Assembly (NCBI GenBank): GCA_045837725.1
Contig: JBEWZL010000089.1
Span: forward strand, 1 to 64,000
Length of the DNA: 64,000 nt
Source: Vermamoeba vermiformis
Lineage: Eukaryota
Direction: 5' to 3'
The notes under the pieces were generated by a model that did not search any database, had not been told where the DNA came from, and saw only the letters and a program-made list of their open reading frames with translations. Positions 1 to 10,216 of the stretch are shown here, one piece after another. The first letter of the stretch is position 1; each line of letters starts with the position of its first letter. The translations under genes were made by a program, and so were the position numbers.

Positions 1-1112
1 ATCGAAAGGTATTGTAAAAATGCATTTGGGTATATTTGGGGGGCATTGGGAGGATTATTTGATGGAAAATCAATGTTTTGTAAGATTTTAATAAAATTTG
101 ATGTTGGCCCTTGAAATTACTTGCAAAAATCTGCAAATTTTCAATCATTGCTGCCCCATTCGGAAATCATTAGCAATTTCCAAATTAGGAAGGTTGCTAG
201 CATAAACAATGCTTTACAGCATGTACATACCATTCCAACTTGTCCCGTCAAATTCTGTCAATTACTAACTGTTTGCCAGAGTGCTCCAAGGTGGAAACAG
301 GCAGTTAGTGTAACTAGCAAATATAACCATATATGGCAGGAGGTTATGGACATCATAAGTGGACCTTTACAAAAAACAATGATTTGAACTTGCCGCGCCA
401 AATTCCGGCAATTACTAACGACTTCCTTGTTGCTCGTAATCCTTGTAAATTCTGTTTTTTAACTGAAATTTCGGGATTTGACAGTAATTACCAAATTAGG
501 AAAGGATGGGGCAGTTGGCATTTGTTGCACCATGGTTACTAAAGTTGAAACTTGTCCCGACAGTTTTTATCAATTACTAACGATTTGCTGATCACTTTAC
601 TATATTTCTATATTAGGCAAGTAGAAAACTCAGTTTTCACCTGGGAAGTGCAAGGCATATAAATGATGAAGGGAAACTGTTAGTAATTGCCAGATCATAT
701 GCACACAAGTGCCAAGAGGAGTGTTTTGCAAATGTCCACCTCATGGACCCCTGATATGCACCACAAATTTCCTTTTTAGGCTATTCCATGCTATATACTT
801 GCTTTTTGCACTGTATTTGCCCTAGGAACACTCAAGTAAGCATCAGACTCCAATTCTTTTGTGTACCATGATCTGGCAACCTTCAAAGCATCAAATCATG
901 ATTACAAACCAGTGAAACACTTCCTAATATGGGCACCTTAGAGTAAAATGGGGTTTTCCCAGTTGATTTTCAAGAAAACAGGCTGTAACTTCAGCTCTAC
1001 GGCATATTTTGATGTGCCGTTTTTTTTGTTCAACTTGCACTTCCATGTACTATGGGTTTTCTGAATAAAAAAATGAAATATACCCAAATGCATTTTTACA
1101 ATACCCTCCGAT
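1..1112. mobile_element. Non-autonomous TIR DNA element (MITE-like); left end may be clipped by the window edge
   Basis: 1-37 (atcgaaaggtattgtaaaaatgcatttgggtatattt) matches the reverse complement of 1076-1112 at 35/37; no credible internal ORF; CpG-depleted interior. Confidence 0.7.
172..690. repeat. Degenerate ~150-160 bp internal repeat units with a CAATTACTAAC core
   Basis: caattactaac at 259, 409 and 571 (also 1116), inverted at 679; shared flanks aacttg(t/c)c and caaattaggaa. Confidence 0.6.
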
Positions 1113-2133
1113 GATCAATTACTAACATCAGAAGATTGGTGGACAGCTTAGAGTCTTGAGACAATCCATTGTAGCCAAAGTTCAGGGTTGCATAAAATAC
1201 GTATAGTTGTGTTGTACCAAACATGTGCTGGTGGGTGGGTTCATACTTAATGCTGAAAATTTACAAATTGCTGCCACTACGATATCTTTGATGATTACTT
1301 ATATTTTCATGTTAGATAGTGATATATCTAGGTGTTTCCAAAGTTTCAATGGTATTGCAGTCAATAGAACAAAGTTCTAGTACTTAAGTTCTTTGAAGAA
1401 CATTGCCATTTTCAGGCTCTGGCGTTTAGCCCAAAGCCTCCTGACGCCAATAGTAGGCTTCTTGGGTCCACTGATGCTAATGGCCGAGTTTGGTATAAGT
1501 TGGTCAATTACTAATATCAGCGACCCCTGACAGAAGCATGTCCATGCAATTTTTGGTGGATAGGACATCCACCATTTCAGCCTTGAGCAGATCACAATCA
1601 GATGCCAGTGAGGACAGTGACTACACGTGGGAAGCACCATCCACCCTTTAACTTTCAAATTGCATCAGCTATAACCGCTCTAAGTTAGATAAGGAGGTTG
1701 CTCTGTGAAGAACTTCATTCATTTACCACTTGGCAGGCATCGTGCGGACGGTGCCTTGTCCACAGACAGACAGACAGACACCTTGTCCCTGGACGGACAC
1801 CATGTCTTAATAGGACAGGTCGCCTCTTTGGTGTAACACATACCTAGCACTATCACTTTATAACAGAAGATATGGTAATCATCAAATGCATTGTCACCTA
1901 GCTCATCCGTATTTTGTTGTAATGTTGTCCAGCTTGTGGAAACCTTTTTTTGATGAAGAGATATGCTTAATCATATACATCGAAATCTTTTAAACTCTTA
2001 ATACTATGTGATGTATGGTTGATGGATGCACGGCCCATGATGACAATTTTGGCTGGACAGAATGCCCACATAATGTCCAGTGAATGTTGAGTTCTAGCAC
2101 AGGCTTATTAAATAAATTAACAACTATTTACAT

Positions 2134-3188
2134 TTATTTTTGCTTATCAATGCGAGACTCAACTTCTTCCAACAATTTGTACACTTGCACTTGCTTTTGT
2201 GAGTTGGTATCGCGAATGAATATCAGTTCAGGCGAGTACTTCAGCTTGATGGTGTGCGTGACATCTGAGCGCAGTGGTGTGACGACACTCTTGAGCTCCG
2301 CTTTCACTTGCTCCTCGTGACCAGCAGTGCAGCCCCAGTACAGATTGGCTTTGAGCAGATCGCGCGTCACGTGCACCCACTTGACGTGAAATGCAGCCTT
2401 GCGCAGTGTGGCGTGCTTGTCGAGGTAGGTGCGCTGCATGTGCTTGTTGACCGCATCGAACACCACGCGTGCAACACGCTGCTGTCGAATGGAAGTGTTG
2501 TGCAGCTGTGTCATCACGTGCGCGTATGAACTCTCTTGCTGCGTGATGTCCAGCACACTCGCCTCGCTCGGACCTTCACTGGTGCCACTCGTAGCTTCAG
2601 TGCTCGCGTCCTCGTGCAGCAGTCGAATCATGCGATTACTCTGGTGTCGCGCGTGTTTCTTGGCCTCGTGTTGCTTGCGGTGCAGCTGCTTCACCAGCTT
2701 GCGATCACGGGCACGCTTGACACCGTTCGGATTGGTGATCCAGTGCTCGAGGTGTTCCGGCACGCGCGTGTTGTTGATGTAACACACCTCGCGCTCACCG
2801 TGCTCGCTGCTCTCTTGGTAGCGCCACTGGATCCGACTGTCGCCCAAGTGACTGCCGCTCGTGTCAAATTGATTGCGCCAATCGTCCTCGTCGAACTTGT
2901 GGCCGCGCTTAGTCTTTTTAATCCAAGGCAGCAGTGACGGGGCCCAGCTCGGACCTAGTCGATCTGCGCGCATCAACTCGCCGCGCAATCGCTTCATTTC
3001 TGCCTCTCGCTCAGCAGCACTCATGGGCTTATTTTTATCAGCTGTGTGCTTGCTCGTTGAATAACATCTGCTCGTGGGTGCGGAGCTAGCGAAAATGCGA
3101 GAATTAATAAATAAATTTCGAGAATATTTATCGCGATCTGGATGTGGATCTCTTACCGCCTAACTACAATACGAGCGATGTTCATCAT
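2134..3188 (-). CDS. RBFA: Mitochondrial ribosome-binding factor A (RbfA domain), 2 exons
   Basis: C-terminal RbfA motif VHVTRDLLKANLYW...LRSDVTHTIKLKYSPELIFIRD; exon 1 MMNIARIVVRR splices in frame via a GT-AG intron (~3086-3156), giving an Arg/Ser-rich presequence. Confidence 0.85.
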
Positions 3189-3376
3189 ATCACCGTCCTT
3201 GCAATTAGAATGGTTCGTGTTGGTAATGGCGCCACTCTGCCACTCGATGACTGAGTTGTGGTGTTGAAGTGCAGATCTGCAATTGAACTTCATTTCCATT
3301 CACCGCGCCACTTCAACAACACAGCTCTCGTGCTCATTCAGCTATATTGCATACCGTGTGATCATATACACGCACG

Positions 3377-4935
3377 ATGAGTGATCATGAGCAGCAAGTG
3401 CTCGCTTTCGTGGAAATAACTCAAGCAGATCCAGATCTAGCAGCAGTGTTCTTAAAACACAATGATTGGGAGATAGAGCCTGCAGTTGAAGAATATATGA
3501 ACAATCCAGGCCGTTATATGGTCGAAACAGATGATGCTGACGCAGATGAAACGGTGCGTCAACCTTTAGCGCCGATAGTGTCTCGTCTCGCCGATGACGA
3601 GTACGAGCCGAGCGTGCGATCGCGACGAGGCAAGCGCAAGCGTGTGGAGCAGAGTGCACACCCTCGCGTGGCTGAGAGCATATTCGATGCACTGCGCGAC
3701 TTGAAATCTGAAGAGGATTACTTCAAACACTTGAAGAACGTTGACAGTACGCTCCTAGGCACTGCCAAGTATATATCGATGCTAACACGTCTTCATTGCA
3801 GAGCCAGAACAGATCAAGCACCAACAAAAGCTCGCAGATTTGTATCGTCCCCCGCACGCCATCATCACGCGCGGCAATTTCGAGGAAGTGAATGCGACTG
3901 CGCGCACTGGCAACAAGTGGCTGCTCGTCAATGTGCACCACGGCAATGAATTCGACTGTCTGCGCATCAATCGCGACGCGTGGTCCAAACAGCCGATCCA
4001 ACAGCTGGTGCGCGACTACTTTGTGCTGTGGTACATCTACGTCAACACCGCCACTGCTGCACCCTACACGAGCTACTACACGGTGACTGATTGGCCGCAC
4101 ATTGCCGTGCTGGATCCGTGCACGGGTGAACGACTGGCGGTGTGGGAGGGGCGCAAGTACAGCGAGGGCAGTGCACTGGACGAGGCACTGAATGCATTTG
4201 TGGCCGCACACATTGCCGAGCTCAGTGCGCGCACGACAAGTGAGACACCGCGCGTGGTGCGTGAGGAGGAGGAGGGCAGTGAGCGCGCAGTGAAGCGACG
4301 CAGACTGGCAGACGACGAGGAGGAGCGCATGATGCACATGGCAATCATGGCCTCGCTGGGGGGTGAGGGGCACTGTGGTGATGGGAGGAGAGTGTGGGGG
4401 CTGTTGAGGACATGACTCACAGAACGACAACACTATTAACACTCACAGTACTAATGACAAGAACAATACCAATACTAACAACACCAATACTAATAACAAC
4501 AACAACAACAATGCCCCCCCCGCGGACAGTGCGAGTGATGTGACGGATGACGAGCACGAGGAGGGGCCGCAAGAATTGATCGCGCAGCACAGCAGAAATA
4601 ACAGCAATGTCAGCACTATTACCATACATGGCAATAACAGCCCCGCAACGAGCACAGTGCCAGTAGCCACCACCACCACCACCACTGCCCCCACGCTGCA
4701 GATTCAACTCCGCTTGCCCTCCGCGCGCACTGAGCCGCTGAGTTATTCCGCTGACACGCCACTGCACGTGCTGCTGCGCGATGTGGCTGGACTGCTGCAC
4801 TTGTCTGCCACGAGTGCCGTGACACTGAGCAGCAACTACCCGCGCAGAACATTCACGGCCAGTCAAGGCGACCAGTCACTGCGCGCACTGGGCATTGAAC
4901 ACAAATCTGTCTTGTTCGTCGATGTCAGCGAGTAG
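3377..4935 (+). CDS. UBA-UAS-UIM-UBX protein (UBXN7/Ubx5-like p97 adaptor), 3 exons
   Basis: UBA-like N-terminus (AFVEIT..AAVFLKHNDWEIEPAV), UAS domain (KWLLVNV..EFDCLRINRDAW), UIM (EEERMMHMAIMASL), C-terminal UBX (LQIQLRLP..NYPRRTF..LRALGI). Confidence 0.9.
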
Positions 4936-5058
4936 ATGGCTACTCGATTACTTGTAAATAAATTATTATCCGCGCTGTATTTATCGTATATTGTTGTACT
5001 TAATAGCTGGTATTTGATAAAAATAATAATTATTTTAATATTTATTTTCTTAGCTACG

Positions 5059-5421
5059 TTACTGGGCCAAGAAAGTTCGAATAGCAGTCATCAATACGCC
5101 CTTATTTTGTCGCAATAATACTTCAGCTTGTTCTTTGTTCAATTCTAACTCGTTCATCAAAAACTGCACATCTTCCTTCTTGATCTCAATGCTCGGATCG
5201 TGGGCCGCTTTATTTGTTTTAGCAGCCGAAGCTAACTCTTGTTGTAATCGTTGAATAGCTTGTTGTGCTGTGGCTGCATCTGCTTCACGCTCTTCGCGCT
5301 CTTGCGTGAGACCTGCATTCAGCTTCTTTTCCTCTGCGCTTTGCGGAGTTTGATCTGCCACCTCCTCGTCGTCTCCATCGACGTCAGTATTGTTGTTCTT
5401 CGGGTCCTTTGTGTTCGACAT
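5059..5421 (-). CDS. HYPK: HYPK-like protein (NatA-associated, C-terminal UBA-like domain)
   Basis: ~120 aa, acidic N-terminus, IKKEDVQFLMNELELNKEQAEVLLRQNKGVLMTAIRTFL. Confidence 0.8.
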   Translation of the reverse strand: MSNTKDPKNNNTDVDGDDEEVADQTPQSAEEKKLNAGLTQEREEREADAATAQQAIQRLQQELASAAKTNKAAHDPSIEIKKEDVQFLMNELELNKEQAEVLLRQNKGVLMTAIRTFLAQ

Positions 5422-5555
5422 GGTTGTTCCAGCGGTGCAATGCGTGACAGGCGCGCAATAAAATTCTTCGAACTCAGCGCGGGTCATTTTTGTATTTATT
5501 TGTGCTGTGCTGACCACTGATCATGCGTTGAACACTCCTAGTGTTGTTATTATAA

Positions 5556-8171
5556 ATGTCGTTGCTGGAATTACTATCACACACTCCAAATTCGTCGGAT
5601 CAGCGCGTCTTTTGGTACCAGTCTCTGACAGCAGCGCTCAATGCTCAGAATGTGCATCAATTACAATTCGCTAATATTCCAGTAAGTCCTACTATGATTA
5701 TGATCGCAATTACACTTCTCTAATTCTCAGCAACAGATTGGATCTGCGGACGAACAGCTCGCAGCGCTGCAATGTTGTATCGCAGCACTGGAACACGCGC
5801 ACAACAGTACACATAAAGTGGATGTAGCTATACGCATATTACAACAAGCCGCTCGCTATTGTCGCAGCGATGCAGTGCCGCACAAGTCAGATGTGGTGCA
5901 AACAGCGCTGATTGGTCTGTGCGCTGCCAGTACGCGCCTCGCCATGGAGTGCATGCAAGACAGTCCGCAACACGAGCGCGCACTGACCAAGCACATCTTA
6001 GAGCTGCTGATGCCGCTGATGGAGCAGCAGTGGTTGAGTCACGTGCGCGCCGAACACCACGCAGATCTGATTGCCCTGTGCGAGTGCGCGGTGGCACTGA
6101 GCAACAAGAATGTCGGCGCCTCTGCGGTGATGAATGTCACGTGGAAGATGATCAAGTGGTGCTTGAAAGAGACGGGTCGCTGTTTCGTGCAGCACGGTGC
6201 CAGTCACGTGATCGACACGCTGCAACACTCGCTCACACAACTGCTGCTCAGCGGCTACAAGCGCTACACACACCTGCGCGCACTCGCGGACACGGAGCCC
6301 AAGCTGTTGCTCGCCGTCGACAAGTCACTCAAGTTCTTGTTCCCGTGTCTCGTCGTCGTGGCCAACAACTATCGTAAGTGCCCTGCTGTCATGCCCATAT
6401 ATAGACACTCACACCCTGCACAGCGGATCTGCTCATGAATCACCTCGCACCCATCGCTGAACTCACGCAGCTCGTCGTGCCAGGTGCCAGCACGGACTCC
6501 ACGCGACAGTACTGCTACAAAGGGCTCATTACCATATTTAGATATCTCTTCAAATCACCGCACCTCACTGCCGCACAACACGAGCACGTGATCAAGCACG
6601 TGATTGCAGGCAACGGTCAGCTCACGATCGATCTTTTGACTGAACTCGCGTCACGTGTCACTGCGCTGTCCACTGATTGGCCAGTGCAGGTGTTGACATG
6701 TGTCATCGCACAGGTGATGCACACTGACCCACCAGCTGTAGATCTCGGCGAAATTTCTGCCTCACCAACGCCATCACCGACTCCAACTCCCCCACGTGCT
6801 GAAACACCTGTCATTCAACAATCTTTGCACTTCTTGACACACGTGCTGGCCTCGGCCTCGCCTGCAGAATGTCACGTGATCAGAGATCTGGTGGTGAGTC
6901 ACGTGCTTGATGTCAACTGGCACGTGTCACAACTGGCACTGCAGTGGTGGTGTCTGCTGCTTGACACGCATCGAGATCACAGCGAGATTTACATGCAGGT
7001 GTTGCTGGCACTCATTGAACGGCATCGACAGTGGACGCGCAGTGACACGTGTCAATCAGAGACTCTGGTGACGTCACTATTCGAGACACGTGCGAGTTCA
7101 CTGCTGTTGCACTCCCTCATGCACATGACTCCTGCACAACAGCAACGATTGGTGCAGATGATGGACGCACCACTCCGCGCACACCTCAGTATGACACCTC
7201 TCGGTTTGACACTCGCGTCACTCACTGTCCCGCACCCCTCGTTGTCACAACTCACGCGCACTGTGAATCATTCACTTGCAGAATTCTCTTCCACTGCCCC
7301 TGCACGCTTGGTACGTACCTCTCAATGACACGTGTCACTCACTTGCTGACACCTGGCACAGCTCGATCCACTGGCACAACTCGTCAATGCAATGTCAACG
7401 TCGAGTGACAGTAACGAATTGACAGCTCTGTTGACACGGCTATTTGACTGGTACGTCAATCTGACACCGAATGACACGTGTCATTACAGTGTCACCCTGG
7501 CACGGTTGTTGACGTATATGGCCATTCGTCTTCGCGTCTTCAGTTCTCCACAGCTCCCACAGGTCTGTGCTTTACAGTCCCATGTTTGACACCTCAGCTA
7601 ACACGTGTGACAGGTGTTGACGCGCATGACACAGCTCGTGACAGCAGGACACCGTGGCGTGCTCTACTTCAGTGCATTTGTCGCGCTGTGTTTGCAGCAG
7701 ACCAATGTGCCGGTAGTGCAATGTGCGGCACTGATCGCGGCACTGCTCGACGCGCAGCACAACTGGCCAATCAGACTCGCGACGCTGATTGCCCTGGCCG
7801 ATGTCGCGTCACTGATGCCAGCCCCTGAACTGCTCGAACAACTGCTCCTCGCTGATCAGCTGACTGCACTGCTCACATTCCTCGATCACGCCACACCGAG
7901 CACGGTGGATGTGAGTGCGCGTTTGACAGGTGTCACTGCCCTGCTTGGTGAGCTGCGCGTATCCCTCGCGTCACGTGTGGTGACAGGTGCCAGTGAGTCA
8001 GACCCTGACTCAGCGCTAATTCACACCACGCTGACGCACCTCGACACGGTGTTGTTAGATCTGCGCAAGATGACGCAGCACTGGTCGCACGAGGGCACGT
8101 TAGTCGCGTCACTGCGCAGCGTGGAGAGTGTGCTGCACGAGCTCCAAGGCAATTTGAAGCAGTGCGTGTAA
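5556..8171 (+). CDS. Helical-repeat protein, probable FIRRM/FLIP (C1orf112) homologue, multi-exon
   Basis: Spliced ORFs joined by GT-AG introns; VMNVTWKMI, LQWWCLL and LLDAQHNWPIRLATLIALADVA resemble recalled C1orf112-family blocks. Confidence 0.5.
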
Positions 8172-8329
8172 ATAGACTTGTATATAAACACCGTGGCGTA
8201 TTAATGCATGTTTATTGGTTGTATATTACAGGGGGGGGGGTATTCGCGAGTGAAGACGTACTAGTGCTGCTAGGCTTAACTATAGCACTGCTAGTCTGCA
8301 CTCCTCAACATGAACGAGCAGATCTGCGC

Positions 8330-9291
8330 TTAGCAGTCAATCTCAATCTCTTCGAGGCGTTGATTGAAGGTCTCGCCATTCATGCTCGGTTCAACAAGCA
8401 CTTCTCGCTTGCGATCAGTCACTTCAGGCGAGGACTCAATGCTGTGATTGCCGCGCACGTGTTTGAACTTTTGATGCAGCGCTGCGGCAATAATGGACGC
8501 TGGATCGTTGCGCGGTGTGGCTGCGGGGGTAGCTGCGCGTTGAATAGTGCCGCCAGGGGAGCGAGTGCCGTTGACCTTGCGCAGCTTGTCAGGGCCCGCC
8601 AAGCCTTGCGCAATCAATTGCGTGACTGACAGCGCGGATTTGGGCTCGTCAGATGCCTCGACAGGGCTGCTTTGTTGTACTCGTGTTAGCTTGCCACTAG
8701 TAGGCATTACTGGAGGAGGTGGTGGCGGAGCAGGAGGGGCCACTGTAACAGGTGGTGGCGTGACTTCAGGCTCGTCAGGCTTGGATGGGGCAGGTTGCAT
8801 GAACTTGGCAATTTCACTTCTGAGTCGCTGCAACTCCATCTCGAGCTGATCAATCTTGTTCATATCGACATCAGTGCTCTTAACAACAGCTGGTACGTCA
8901 ATTAAAGGCTCTGCAGTATCATTAGACTGCGGCAACTCATAATTGTCCTCAGCCATCAAATCCGCTCCAAACATGAGATCGTTCTCAGTGTCCTCCACAT
9001 AGCTCACTGCGCGCGAGCTGAATACTGCTTTGCGCTCTCCTCTTGTCTTTCTCTTCCTTGGTCCATTGTCTGTGGAGAATGATCTTCTAATAACTTTGCG
9101 TTTTGTGTCTTTTTTCTTCTGTATTGTAATATGTTAGTCAATCTATAGAGCATTAGAGTATATATAACCTTTCTATTTACAATTTTTGAAATGATCGGAT
9201 TGTGCACTACAAACTCAAACACTTCGTAGAGCTTTTGGCCAGTGATTTCGAAGAGTTCGAAGCACAATGAAGGAATAGACAACTGACTCAT
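8330..9291 (-). CDS. Mitochondrial fission regulator (MTFR1/2)-like protein, 2 exons
   Basis: KIDQLEMELQRLRSEIAK, polyproline, LRKV..RSPGGT and DPASIIAAALHQKF occur in the order of MTFR family motifs; an intron at ~9119-9168 restores frame. Confidence 0.7.
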
Positions 9292-9454
9292 ATTGTGGTG
9301 AACACTCTTGGGCTGAACTGAACTGAATTAGTTTTCAAAAATTCCTTGTTGTATTTTGGCGGTTCTTTGTAACGGCTACTTTGAGCGTGACTTAACTGGC
9401 GCGGTTAAGTCTCGCTTGGTCAGATCGCAACACAAACGACGAGGCACTACCACA

Positions 9455-10065
9455 ATGGAAAATAAAGTAGCAGCAGTGGAAAAGAAGATCAATTCCATCG
9501 AAAATACTTTGCAAGACATCAACTCCAAGTTGGATGTCGCAAACAAATACAAAGATGATGGCAAGGAAAAGAATGACGCCTTTTTCCACTTTCAACAAGA
9601 TTTATTGACTCAGGTAAATATTATTTATTTAAATTTGGTATTATTTCCTCGTTTGAACAATTCTGGTCTGTTATTGAAAATGCGATCCAAGAAGGTTGCA
9701 GCTTGGACTCCGACATCAGCGTCTTATCGCTTGCAAATTTATCATAAGAGCGTTAAAGATGATTTAATAATATTTGGAGCGCTTATCACCACATGTCATT
9801 TATTTCGTAAATTCCGGCTTATTATTAACGCGTAAGTAACAGCTGAAAGAGATCCGTGGTCTATTGGAGGTATCCGAGAAGCAATATCAAGCTGTCAAGA
9901 CCGAGAATGAACAGGTACGCAATTATCTCGTACGTGTGTCAGTCATGCTAACGACCTCTGCAGTTGAAGCACGAGCGCGATCAACTCGCCAAGGACAAGA
10001 CGCGTCTGAATTACCGCGTGAAGATCTTGTTGCACTCACTGGCTGAGGCTGAGAACAAGAAATAA
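9455..10065 (+). CDS. Small coiled-coil protein (~110 aa), 3 exons
   Basis: Exons join in frame (introns ~9614-9843 and ~9915-9964); heptad-rich; ends RLNYRVKILLHSLAEAENKK*. Confidence 0.75.
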
Positions 10066-10216
10066 ATGCCGTTGTGATTGTACATGCAGGTGTGACACTC
10101 GATTGATAGCAAGACTGAGGGACAGGGGAGGTATATCAAAGCAGTTATTATTTACAATTATACATTACAATAGCGCGTGTCAAAATTGATTTCGATAGCT
10201 GCCACAGCCCAGTTCA

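Noticed and set aside
1377-1658. 93-aa ORF in the repeat zone as a transposase remnant
   Set aside because: No recognisable transposase, reverse transcriptase or helicase motif
1745-1820. (GACA)n microsatellite with ttgtcc/ggac repeats, reminiscent of Helentron-associated elements
   Set aside because: No definable termini or hairpin; too short to classify
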